Source: Psammoneis japonica (Eukaryota). From it: a stretch of DNA of 64,000 bases. Where the stretch lies: NCBI GenBank assembly GCA_008632985.1, contig QPGO01000015.1, positions 63,998 to 127,997 of the forward strand, read 5' to 3'. Both the position numbers and the translations under genes were made by a program. Each line of letters begins with the position of its first letter. Position 1 is the stretch's first letter. The notes beneath the pieces are model-generated. The model saw only the letters and a program-made list of their open reading frames with translations, had not been told where the DNA came from and made no database searches. This document shows, piece by piece, positions 37,801-50,069 of this stretch.

Positions 37801-40800
37801 AGCACTTCCTTCAAATCCCGCCGAATTTTTCTCGTCTTTATCCCAGCTTCGTCCGGGTGATGGACTTCCCCCTTTTTCCTTTCGGCAACCAAATTCGCCC
37901 CGCAGAAGAAATGTCGGTTCTGCTGAGGACTTAAGGTATTCTGGTCAGCTGAATGCTCCTGGCAATAACGACTCGAGCGACAACGGCGCAACTGATTCTA
38001 GTCATGGAGCTAAAGATATTGCGGGAGGTGCTTTGCCTGTTCTTGGGTCTGTCGTCCGAGGAAGATGTAGCGGTGTGGCTACCCAGGAGAATGGTAAACG
38101 CGCGGGATATTCAATGTGTGCCCAAACGAAATCATTGATTCATAGTGGCTTGCTGCCGAATAGCCTCCTGTGTGTGAAGTCGATGACCGATTGTAAGGGA
38201 TCACCGCCGGACTCATCTCGCAGCTTGCCCATCTCTGTGGCAACGAGCACAGACGAGGAAGGATCCTCTCTTCTATTTCTTGCTGTTTCGCTTGGATGTT
38301 CAGATGCAATCGTCGAGCATTTGATACACGCTGGTGCATCTGTTGATGCAAAGGAGATCGAAAGGGCTGCTCTCACTGCTCAACCCAAAGCGTTGTCGGT
38401 GCTTCTTCGTCACGCAGTGTATTCTGACGGCGACTTAAATCTCGATCGCTGCACTGCTGAAGTTAGAAGTGTCCTTCGAGCGGCTCAGGAGCGCCGGAAG
38501 GTTCAAGAAGAATTGATGCGAAACCGCGGCAGATCGTTTGTGTCTGTGCTTTTGACGAAGCTTGTTCGTCTCGCTCTTAGCTGCTATCGCAACGGATCGA
38601 AGCAAAGTCTTCTTGTCGGCAGATCCGTCGCTGAAACGCTGGTCGGGAAGTTCTCCTTCACACCATGCATCAGAGCCAGCACGAAGCAAAGGTGTTGGCA
38701 AAAGGTGTCGCATCGGCGGAAAGCGTTTCTCATGGAGAAGCCGATTCGGAAGATGGCAGAGTTCCGTGTTTTTGCTCTGACGAAACGTCAGCTCAAAGTT
38801 CACGAACGCCACGTTCACCGCTTTGCCTGCTGGAAATCCTACCAGCTGATGTGTTATACGATACCTTTTCTTCCTCAGACGACCAAGACGTTACACCAGC
38901 TCTAATGTCGTTCCTTTCGTTAGTGGAGACTTATCTCTGGAGCCGAAGTGTCCGCGATGTTGCGGTGGGCCTAACGATGATCCTTGTTGCCTTGCGTAAA
39001 ATACCTCTCCTTCGTACGAGTACCGTTCTTGAAAGGTTTGGCTTCAGAGCATTGGCACTCTCGCATGAAGCGTTCGCCAAGAGATTAGTGGTTGATTTAA
39101 ATGCACGCAGGCAATCTTCTAGCCTCTCTGATCACTATGCAGACGACCGTATTTCAAGAAATGTTGCTGAAGAACCCCCTGCCATCACAGGCGTTGTTTT
39201 GTGCCCTAAAAAACATGTTGCAGAGCTGCATCTAACACGGCACTCTTCTTTCCGCTGCGACATCTGTGGAGTGGGAGTTGAGCGGGGTGTTCCCATGCAT
39301 GGATGCCGAGCATGCGATTGGGATGCGTGCGAAGACTGCACAGACAAAGCGGAAGGAGGGGTTATGAAATGGCGATACATTCAAGGTATGGCTAGAGAGT
39401 GCCAGAGGTTACTCTCAACACCCTCGACTTTGAGTGAGCTGAGCAGCAATAGCAGAAAGCAGGACACTGACCTCCTTGACGCCATCAATGCTTACTGCGG
39501 CAGTGTCGATTTTGTCCCACTAGAACAAGGGCTAACGCAGCATGATGTTGGAGCTCTAAAGGAGCTTTCGTCATACCTTGATACCCCAGGTCGAATTACA
39601 ATGCATGAGTTCAGCTCGAGCATCCTTCCCGCAATCCATTCCGCTCTCATTTTGAAGCAAAACGACCGTCGCAATGTCGACCGGGGGACTGTTGATCTCG
39701 GGGCAGCTTGGAATAGGCGTCGCAAGAAGCCCCGGGTTGGAAAGTCGTTCCACGAAACGGACCAAACCTCTGAACTAACCGGCAGCACTGCGACTTCTGG
39801 TGAGGAATTCAGTAAGATGGTCGTTGAGCATCTTGTTTTGATTCCGGATACCAATTTGGATACGGATACGTCTCCTTCTGAAGTTTCTGGTTTGGGTGAA
39901 TCAAAGTCTAACATTCATCACGCGCAGACGCATGACGCTGAAGATGAGATTGGAAGCGACGACGATAGTTCCGATCACAAGGCGGGGGAGATTCAGAAAA
40001 TGCAGAAGACTCGGCTTTCGCCCGAGATTCTCCGACGTGTTAATGTCGTGTTGGCTTTCAACGAGCGAGCGCTTGTGATTAACAACAAGTCCGGAAGGAA
40101 CTCCGCTAGCACGTCCGATGTCGGTGGCTTGAGGTCCTTGACTACGCCAATTGAGATCGATCTACGTGCTGCGGTCACGGAAAGTGCGAGCTTCGCCCGT
40201 AGCCAACAAGGAGAAGGGCGAGGTGCTCAAGGTTATATCATCTCTGTGGAACCACTTGTTTCGTATTCTGCTTTAGAGATGCATGTTCTCCGTGCGTGCC
40301 AAATACATCACCCAGGGTATACTCAGTTTTGTCGAAGGTATGCATATGCACGAAACAAGATGAACTGCTTTTCCTCGTTGTCGTTGACGGACATATAATG
40401 ATATCGCGTTTTCTGAACTATTGTAGGTTGGCTCTAGACCGAGCGCTCATTGCCGAAAGACCAGCGTTTACCAGTTCTCTTGGGGGTTTGCCTTGTAGGC
40501 GTCTAGCCCAGGTAGTCTCCTACGATGAAAAGTTGGGAGTGCATGGGGTTCGTTATGTTTCCAGGACCACCGGGAATTCCGACGAAGTTAACTTGACACT
40601 CGATTCACCGCATATTGAACAACTTGAGTTCAAGGATACAGAAGACCTGGTTGTACTTGCAGCCAAGGATTACTATATCCTTCACCGTAGTCGGACCTCG
40701 TCTTCGGAAAATGCCGGCCCGTTGGATATGGATACCGAGCTGTTGCTGACCGACGCTGATTTTCTCCTAGCCAATGAAATAACCGTAGCTAGTACAGGAA

Positions 40801-43800
40801 ACCAACCGGGGGTGCACCTGAGCCGCAATTCTGGTTCTGAGCCGTGCTCTCCTTTGCATTCTGTGGGTGTGAGAGTGGAGAGTCGGTGCGGGTCACCAGA
40901 TGAGATGTGGCGTGCGTTCACGGTGATATCGGTTGAACGTCATGACGAGCGCAGTCAGGCTGCTTGTCTTCCTAATTACGTTCTCGTTTCGGACGAAGGT
41001 GACGCGTATCGTGATGTCGAAATGGGAGATGTTCGTAGTTGTGACTCGCAAAATTTTAATAACAATACAGAACGTGAAAGAGACCGAGCTGTTAGACGGA
41101 ACTATGGTGCTGGAGCCTTGGTTGGCTCTAGTCGAGTTGCAGACGTTTCTGGTGAACGTAGTTACCCATTCTGGGGGGGTCGCAGAACCTCATCGGACAC
41201 CGGAAGTCAAGATTTAGAAGAAAAATCTCCCTCTAGCACAGGAGTGCTGAAGAGAACCTGGTCAGCTTTGTCGCCGATAAAGGACATGAACCCATTGGAG
41301 TTAAATGCCCCCGCGCTGAGCGACAAGATGCTTTCTGCTGGCGGAAAAAATGCACGAAAGTCCTTGACGTGTAGCACTTGTAGCAACAAGGTTGAGGTTG
41401 TGATTGATCGTCGTACATTCGAGACGCCACCTGGTCTCTGCGTAGAGTTTAGCGCGCACGAGGACCTCCCAACATGTAGTTTGGGCACTTCCGGGGAGCT
41501 TACGGTGTTTGGTGCTTTGCGTCGTCTTTTAGATAGAGACGACAAGACTCGCCCATGTGCTGTTCCCTGCGGGGGTCGATGTAAGCTTTTCTTCTCAATA
41601 TCGGTTGAAGATCGACTTCCGAAAGGAGAAGGGGTGAACCTAGCCCGATTCGAAATAGAAGAATTCCTCGCCCCCGTAGATGCATCGTGTTGGTTGGAAT
41701 CTGCAGAACGAGGCCGGCAGGTTGAGAATGATTTGCATAATCGTGGGAGAGGGGTATGTGAAGCTTTTGATGAGACTTGCTTGCAGTGCATGGAAGTCCT
41801 TAGCGCGTTGGCTGATGCTGCGGAGAGACACACACCCAAGTTAAGGGACGGTGCGGAGGAAACGGACAAGCCCATCGAATCCGAGAATGACTTGAAAACT
41901 AGTGTTGAGTCATTCGCTTTTTTTGAATCCGTGGCTCTAACTGAGAAGCTGTTGGACCAGCTTGAGGATCCTCTCATTGTTGTTAGCGGTGCGCTGCCTG
42001 AATGGTGCACTGCTGGTCCTACAAATTTTTGTCGCGTTTTCAGTTACGCCTCTCGTCGTCTCTTGCTAGAACGAGCAGCATTTGGTGTTTCGCGCTCGGC
42101 TTTGAAACAACAGGAGGCGAAAGTCGCCGTCGGCCCGCTGCGCCAGCGCATGGCTGCTCTGCGAGGAAGGGCAGTCGAGCTCGTTGGCGAGGCGTTTTCA
42201 GGCGAAGCCTTGGACCCCACAGCTCTGCAATTACAAGCTGACGAATTGTATGGGATGGAAGAAGCGCTAGCTTCGAGGGTAAAGGCGGCATTTCGCGCTC
42301 AGCGTTGGGACGAGCGGTCGCTTCAATGCGCAAAAGCCGCCGTGCGCCGGGGTTCGCTTCTGTCAGATGCGTACTGCCTCATGGAGCACTATGCAAATGA
42401 CAAGAGAATTTTGCGTAGGAGGCTCGAAGTTCGATTTGATGGCGAATCAGGTTTTGACTTAGGTTCAGACGCTGAGGCTGGCGTAACACGAGGTTTCTAC
42501 TCGGACATTGCAGAGCAGCTGCTGAGCTGTGAACACGTTTCTGGTCTGTATTGCAAGGCTCTCTGTGCGGGGGATAGTGATATGGCTGATGCAGCCGACT
42601 GCGTTTCGATTTTGCCGGCTCTTTCCACTCAAGCTAAGCTGCCGTTGTGGATTCCCGATATGGATTCGAGTCGACTTGTTGTGATACCGACACCACGTGC
42701 AAATCCTCGGAGTGGGCTTGGAGTGTACCCTCGTAAGTTTCTTTACATTGATTGGAGATACGGTATTGTTTTGATGTATGATGCATACCTAACTTTTGTC
42801 ACTTCTCCCTCTCTTAACAAAGGCCCACTGTCACCGCACCATCCTCAGCTCAACGCGGTCCTCGATCAGTTTCGTTTTATGGGCCGCCTCTTTGCTTCAG
42901 CAATGAGGGACGGCTTCCTTTTTCCGCTCCCACTGAGCACAGCCTTTTTGAAGTTGGTCCAGCGCGGGGATGAATTATGCAATCTGTCAGAGTCGTTGAA
43001 ACATGTTCAGAAACCTGGCGCACCAAATAATGCCGCGCCAGAATTGGACCAGAATTTGTCGACTGAAGAGATGAGTGTTAGCGACGTGTCAGTTGCTTCA
43101 TTGAAACGGACCGCTAGCTTGGAGCTAACCAGCTTCGATTTGCCTCGTCCTGGATTCCTCGGAGGCGAAGTATACGCAGCGCAAATTATATGCCAAGCCC
43201 TGGATGAGTTGGACGAAGCTTGCCCGCCATTATCAAAAGAAGAATACGAGAAGCAGTGCAAAATAATTGCTTCGGATAAGAATTTTGCGAGGAAAGTTCT
43301 AGGGAAGGTGTACGATTGTTCTTTCGAGCAATATTTTGAAGACAGACGTTTTGTTGACCCGTTAGACCCCGTTCAAGGCGAAGAAGCTTTGCCATTGTGC
43401 CACAACGGCCATATGTGTCCTGTGACCATTAGCAACGTTCGGGAATGGGTGTCACTCGCGAAGGATTTTATCCTTCGTGACGGAGTGCTGCAACAGGCAC
43501 TTGCCTTCCGTCAAGGTATCGCGGACTTCTTTCCTGCGGATTATCTTCGCCTTTTCACCGCAGACGAACTTCAACGCGACGTTTGCGGCGGAGGTGACAA
43601 TGTCGACAAGTGGGACGAGCCGTCGATTCGGCAACTCTTTAAGCTTGATGGCGGTCGAGGAGCAGCTGAAGCTTTGGTTGCTGTCGCAGCAATGGGAGGA
43701 GAAGGAGGAGCAGCCTTAAGTCGCCGCTTTGGTCCAGGGTCGCCTACCATAGGTTACCTCGTGAAGGCGTTGCTGGAAGCATCCCCTACAAAGAGGCGAC

Positions 43801-44045
43801 AGTTTTTGAGTTTTGTTACGAGCGTCCCCATAGTTACACCTGGTCGAATTGAAGTGGTACCAGTGGTGAATCCATCAGGAGAGTTCTTGCCAATGCACGA
43901 CCCCGGGTGTCTGCCAAGAGCTAATACCTGCACCCGCAAGCTTTACCTTCCAAAGTTTGAGAGCTATGAGTCTTTTACTCAAGTGTTGTGGGCCGTAGTG
44001 CGGGAAGAGAGCAGGTTCAAAGGTTTCTACGAATGGCGCGGATAA
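34820..44045 (+). CDS. Large multi-exon HECT E3 ubiquitin ligase (SPRY-like, ankyrin-like, ZZ-like zinc finger, HECT)
   Basis: SPRY-like VDMESRTLTYWRDG; CDICG...HGCRACDWDACEDC; HECT motifs LEVRFDGESG, GVTRGFY, FRFMGRL and LPRANTCTRKLYLP. Start uncertain; apparent frameshift near 38650. Confidence 0.85.
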
Positions 44046-44051
44046 GTGTGG

Positions 44052-44305
44052 TTCGAGCCGCCTATACTACGAAAAGCAAACGCTTTTTCGTTTCTTAACA
44101 TCTAAACACTACACACTTGTTATTCATTCCCACTGAAGCTTGGTTTCTTCGCGAGACTCAGTTCATTTTGTTCCTTCTTTTCCTTGTCATCTTTCTGCGG
44201 CAGACACATGCACTCACGAGAGCGGTCCAAACAATGGAGGTGAGCAAAACAGCATTCAGGTGGTGCCTGACAGGTGTGAATTTAAGTTGAGCAACTGAAT
44301 CGGTG
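44052..44305 (-). pseudogene. Decayed duplicate of the 3' end and 3' flank of the Mpv17/PMP22 gene
   Basis: AAGCTTGGT..GCGAGACTC..CCTTCTTTTCCTT..CATGCACTCA.GAGAGCGGTCCA.ACAATGGAGGTGAG..TGGTGCCT aligns with 46262-46512. Confidence 0.85.
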
Positions 44306-46260
44306 AAAGGGATAAATCTGTGCATTCAAGCTGCTGCTGCACTGGCTGGCATTGCTGCTGCTTTTGGATGCAGGGCCCTGTCCTGCATCTTGTGCAGGTC
44401 GCTTGGTCCCAGATTCAACATTGATCTCAATGCCTTCCTCGGCAACTGATGTGTCGACCCCAGCCAATCTTGCAAGCTGACAGAACAAGAGCAGGAGTCA
44501 AAATCACCGCCTCATCCACAGCTGCCTTCTGCAGAGCCTGCTTGAGCAAACATGGCTGAGACAGCCAAAAAAACAGACAAAGAGCATGCAACAACAGAGT
44601 TGCAGCAATCAACGGTTTCCCCGCAAAATTGAGAGCGCACTGGTCCATGATTTGTGCAACTGTTGTTGACAGAAGCTCTGGTTGCTGGAAGCAACTGGCA
44701 AACATGCACCGGTGCACAATGTGAAAAATGCCCTTTCTGGTTGTCATGCAAAAGACATGGGAGGGGTGACAAATGATGCAATGTGAACAACTTGGACATG
44801 CCGGGCACTTCTTCAACCATGAGTGCATGAGCACAGATGACAGAGTTGCAGCAATCAATGGGCTCTGCAAACCTTCTGAGAATGCCACTCCAGTTTGCCC
44901 TGCTGTTGTTGACAAAAGCTCTGGCCACTGAAGGCAACTGGCAAACATGCTTGCACGCACAACATGAGACACACCCTTTCCATGCCCTTTCTGTTCATGA
45001 CACACCAAAGCACATGATGTGAACAACATGGACAAGCCACACACTTTTTCAACCATGAGTGCATGAGCACAAAAAGCATCAGCAAATCTCACCGCATTCA
45101 CACTTGCTTTCTGACGTCCACTGCATCAGGCTCGACCTGGCACAACAACAAATTGAACAAAAATTCAGTTGTTGTGACACCGGTGTTTTTAACACCAAAG
45201 AACAATGGCTGCTCAGCAAGAAAAGTTGGCAAGGTTCTTGCTGATGCTGACACCACAAAACAAAAGAGCAACCCACCAAAACAAGGTGCAGTGTGATGCC
45301 ACAACAAAGTTGAGAGACCACTGCTGTGCTGAGCTGCGGCACAAGTGCACAAGCTTTGAGTCAAGAAGAAAGTTTCCTTGGCGACTTGCCACTGCTTCAT
45401 TTGCTTGCAGGCAAAAGTGACCACAAAAAATGGGGAGGCTTCAGACAATGTCAAGCATCAGCAGCTCAGAGCAACAATCGTTGCAAAGTCAACAGAGCTT
45501 TGGCTTGTCTCTGCCACACACAGTGGTCAGAGACATGCAAAAACAGTGTCTCCAGTGCCAGCAGGAGCAGACGCGACAGTGCCAGCCAACAAAAAAAGGC
45601 GCAGATGTGCTGCTGACAAAATTGGCCAATGATCACATTTTGCAAAAGCAGGATCTCACAACACTGGACAAAAAGCTTGATCATGGTGGTGAGTGTCAGT
45701 GTTGGTGGCAGTTTGTTCCGATCTCCTCATCACACTGGGCAGCGTCAAAGCGCTCGCTGGCAACTTCGACCAGAGGTGCAGCAACATGGAAAACCTTCTA
45801 CCAGGAGAAACATGCCACCATGTCATTTCAGAGCTGATGTGTCTCATGAGGCATCTCTGGAGCAAAGGTTTTGGTCATGAAAGCACAATGGCTGCAGCAA
45901 AAAAAGCACGATGGACTTGGCAACATTGTTCATTCAGTGACTTTGTTGTCTCAAAAAGTTGCTGGCACCATGTGGGCAACACAATTGCACTTGAGAACAT
46001 TTTCAACTTCTCAAGTCTGGGATGAGACCATAAGCTGTTGTAAGAACAACAGACCAAAGTGCATTGCCAATGTGGCAGTTGAAATGAGACACTGTGGCTC
46101 TAATGGCAATTGTGTGGGTTGATTTTCACACAAGGGGAAGAGCTTGGTTGCTGCTGCCATCAAATCTAATTGAGATTCTTCACGTTGTTGTTTCATGTGA
46201 GAGTTTTGCACCAGGTCAAGTGCAGTGCTGTTCTCTCAATTTCAGATGATGACCATGAGG
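44305..46260. repeat. TG/CA-rich, TpA- and CpG-depleted island (decayed element or pseudogene) with an internal ~240-bp duplication
   Basis: Almost no TA by eye; ACAGAGTTGCAGCAATCAA at ~44593 and ~44840; TTCAACCATGAGTGCATGAGCACA at ~44812 and ~45048. Confidence 0.75.
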
Positions 46261-46352
46261 ATTTCGAATAGCCGCCAGATAGAACATCACGTCTTTTCCT
46301 CAACACTTCAAAACTACATACTTGTTATTTCATGCCAACTAAAGCTTGGTCT

Positions 46353-47334
46353 CTATGCGAGACTCTCTTCGTTTTGCTCCTTCTTTTCCTTATCTTCTTT
46401 CTCCGGCGGATACCATGCACTCAAGAGAGCGGTCCAGACAATGGAGGTGAGAAGAACGACGTTCAGCTGGTGCCTAACCGGGATGAACCGGAAATTTAAC
46501 AACTGGATCGGAATCCAGAATCCCCACTGACATTTTTGAAGTGGCAAGAGTTCCTCGGCGATTCTCGTTTTGATCCTTGAAGCACTTTGTCCCTCCATTG
46601 CAGCCATGGCTGCTAGGTAAAGGCTATTTGAAAACCAACTCCAGTACACAAACTGCACGAAGCAATAGACGCACGTTAGAAGTGAAGGTCAAAGGAACAC
46701 CAAGCGAGCAAAATCAACCTACCTGTTCCATAAACGCCTTAAAAACTGGAATTTTGAGACCAGTCAGGCCAGCACGAACCGTCATCCACTCAAGAAAATT
46801 GAAATGAACGTGCGAACACGGTGCATGAATCGCAAACCCAAAGAATGCTGCTCTTCCTGTCCGAGTATAGTCATAAGGATCCGCTGGTTCGTTCGACTTT
46901 GAAACGACTTGAGGAACGATTTGAGCGACCCAATCACCAACACCCCAAAGGATAGCTCCGGTCACCATTTTCGTCGGCACCGGCCTCGCCTGTAAGTGAG
47001 ACTCGTACCACTGCAACATGCTGAAACCTCCGGGAGACGCCGCAGCTGTGGTAGAGGTCCTTTTCGCCGCGTCTCCCAACGCACGAGACGTCGTCGAGTA
47101 CTGCGGAAACAAAGACCGTGAAGCCTTGCTATCCATTTTGTTGGCGACGAACCGAGGGGTTGTGGAATACGAGGATGCGATGATTCGGTTCAACGAGTTG
47201 GAGACGAGTCGATTAGAGGCAGATACCGTTCCTTTTTCTCCGAGCAATGTCGATGTGGTCGTCACAGCAGCAACAGCGCCAGCCGGAGCCATGGCAAACC
47301 GACCCACGCGTTGGCACAAGATCGACCTCGCCAT
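46353..47334 (-). CDS. Mpv17/PMP22-family membrane protein
   Basis: WYESHLQARPVPTKMVTG...GDWVAQ, DYTRTGR and WGFWIPIQLLNFRFIPVRHQLNVV...WTALLS; intron at about 46721-46655. Confidence 0.92.
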
Positions 47335-47608
47335 GGTTGGATGACCTCCTTCCTTCTTTTCTTCCACCACTCAAGAGGAAGAATGAAAGATTTGTCGCGC
47401 AGTCTTTCAGGCGAGGGGTGCCATTCTTCGCACTTTCGTCCGGCACTTTCGACGCTCGCGTATGGGAAGACAGACCGTCTATAGATTAAAGAGCTCGTTA
47501 GCTCGTACCCAAAGAAATGAAGCATTCGGACGACATACGTACAGACTGTCCTTGTTCCCGCCAAAAATGGGCTGAATCTGGCGGGGCTCAAATAAACTGG
47601 AAACTACA

Positions 47609-48321
47609 ATGCCGCGGCTTGGCACCGCAGCGGCAGGGACACCTGGCAACGGGGGAGATGGTTCTCCTAATAGACGACGCGCTGTTACAGCTTATCCTAG
47701 ATTGGCAAGAGGAGGATTTTTGACGAAAGTGATTGCGCTTGTTTTCATCACGTTCATGCTGCGCAATTTGTTTTTCAAGGTATGGTGTGCATTGCGAATG
47801 CGTCTGAGTATGAAACAATGGTATTCTTGCATTTTTCTAACGATCGCTTGTAATTCTTTGGATTTTAGGACTATAGAAAGGCAGAAATTGAACGATTGAG
47901 AGCTAGTGGAAAGACGCAAGAAGAAATCGACAAGCTGGTACCTCAAACCGCAAGCGAACGCCGGGCCAACAAATTGAATGAGTTGAAAAACAAACACACC
48001 GAGTATGAAAAATTGGTATCTGAAGTCGAACAATTGAAGGAAAGAGTGAAGGAATTGCAGGATCACATACTAGTGACAAAGGACGGTGGTGAGCCAGCGA
48101 CGGGAAGTGGCAACACACATGAAACCAAAAGTGACGGTGCGACTGACACCGATGTTGCTGCCGACGCAAAGGAGGAGGTTGCAGCAAGCAAAAGACGTAT
48201 AGAGCCGACAAAGAAACGTCAGGACCTTAATCATCACAAATCACATCACGAAAAAAACAAAGACGATCTAGTCGAAAAGAAGGTGACAAATTTAAGGGAG
48301 AAACAGGCAAGAAGTACATAA
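47609..48321 (+). CDS. Hypothetical single-pass membrane coiled-coil protein
   Basis: Exon 47609-47779 with a TM segment, GT-AG intron to ~47868, then a coiled-coil exon. Confidence 0.55.
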
Positions 48322-48735
48322 GGGAGAAACCGAACCGCTACGGTAGCGATGGAGGCTTTCTATGATGCTCCCATGCCAAAGTGATCAATTCTTTCTTACT
48401 TAGCCATGTTCGCTGTGATTGTTAAGTTTTTAGTCACTATCTACAATTTCAAGTCGGTTTGTTCGGACTGTCGGTAGGTCACGTTGCGTTGTTGGTTGGA
48501 CGCGCCGAGAATGTCAGCAATTCATTTTCATTAGAAAACATTATTTGAGCCCACAAAATTTGAGCTGTACATAGAATATAGATCCTAGCTATAATGACTG
48601 ATAAATTATCAATTTCCGAGGGCGCTTCTCTGAACTGTAATCTGTGTTTCCGCTATACCCCGCTGGTGCTCTTTGTCAAAATGGGAAAGCTATTCTAAAT
48701 TCAACAAACAATCAATCGTTAATGAATTTACGCAG

Positions 48736-49431
48736 CTATATGGATATGCAAGTCAACAGCCACATGGACAATTTACTCCCAAAAGGATTCCCATGCGCCC
48801 TTGATCCTGTCCTTGGAAGTAATCCGGAATTCCTTGGCGTAAGGCGGAGGTTCAAAGAAAAGACAAACGAAAGACGAGTGTCCGCCTCCGCACCCTCGTT
48901 CGCCGCACAGACTTGGTGCTTGTGCGTATCGTTTAGCGCAAGCGGCATAAAGTAAAGGTCCCCAGCCTTTGGCTCCATCTCTTGGACTTGTTTCGTTTTA
49001 TTGTCGCGAAACTGAACCTTGCGCGTCGAACCAAGGGACAAGACGAAAATCTGCCCACCATACGTGTCCTTGTGCCAGTCGATTCGATGCTTAGGATCCT
49101 GAAAGCGGTTGCAGTACACATCTGTGACTTTCACATCAAATGTGGTTTCGATTCGCTTGCATAGGTCCTCTAGCTTTGCGAGTCCCACACTATCCCGCAC
49201 AGCGGTTGCTATCTTTTTGGATGAAATAGACCGACGATGATGATAGGCATGCTGTGGAAGCGAATATCCATACAACTTCGGCTTGAGATTCCAAGGAAAC
49301 TGGTCGCTGTCGAGCACCGTCAGCGCATCATTGGATTCTTGCGGTGAAAGAAAACCTTCAAAAAGATACAGTCCTCCACATTCTTTCTTTGCTGAGCTCA
49401 ACTGGTCAAGAAAGAGGGTTGGTTTTGACAT
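48736..49431 (-). CDS. AlkB-like 2OG-Fe(II) dioxygenase
   Basis: CNRF...IDWHKD (HxD), VLSLGSTR, HKHQV and RLSFVF motifs; the C-terminus may be frameshifted near 48860. Confidence 0.8.
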   Translation of the reverse strand: MSKPTLFLDQLSSAKKECGGLYLFEGFLSPQESNDALTVLDSDQFPWNLKPKLYGYSLPQHAYHHRRSISSKKIATAVRDSVGLAKLEDLCKRIETTFDVKVTDVYCNRFQDPKHRIDWHKDTYGGQIFVLSLGSTRKVQFRDNKTKQVQEMEPKAGDLYFMPLALNDTHKHQVCAANEGAEADTRLSFVFSLNLRLTPRNSGLLPRTGSRAHGNPFGSKLSMWLLTCISI

Positions 49432-50069
49432 AAAATGTAACTCGGTGATCAGGTTGTTCGAATTATGAATTGTGAGCTGTTGGGCGGGGGCAAATGCGAT
49501 GCAGAGGAGAGACTCGAAGACGACCTCTCACTCTCACGAACCTCCCCCCTCCCCGAGCGAGCCCCGAGGAATCGAAATCATGAACAGAAAAAATAAGTCC
49601 CGTGCAGGATTCTGGGTCACGTCTTCAATCTTGCAAAAACCGACTCGTGACTGATGATGAATTCAGTCATGGCTCACCGTTTGTCGTTCTTCAAGTCGGC
49701 TCGGCCTCCGGCGGTACATGCTGTCCTCCTGCGCGCGTCCGTTGAAAACTTTTGTCAAATACCTCAAGGTGACCAAATCCGAACAGCGAATTTTGCGGGG
49801 CAAATTTAGAATAATATCGTTCCCCGATTTTTGACCCCGCACTATATCTACTGGCATATCACGTACATTTTACCCTTCCCGTGGCACGTCCCAGAAAAAA
49901 GCGGACCCCCCCACTCCCCACTTAATCCAAAGCCCTAAATCCGAACCCCGCGTGTCAGACCGCGGCGGCGCCGCGCATCTTCTTCTCAATCATCGAACAG
50001 GAACCGATTTCCGTGGTCACACAAACAACAAGGACGTTGAACGACAACGAGAAACACATCAGACAAACG

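Noticed and set aside
14211..49431. Photolyase and AlkB-like genes as components of the mutator system
   Set aside because: These are common repair-type genes, 33 kb apart among unrelated genes; proximity carries no functional evidence here.
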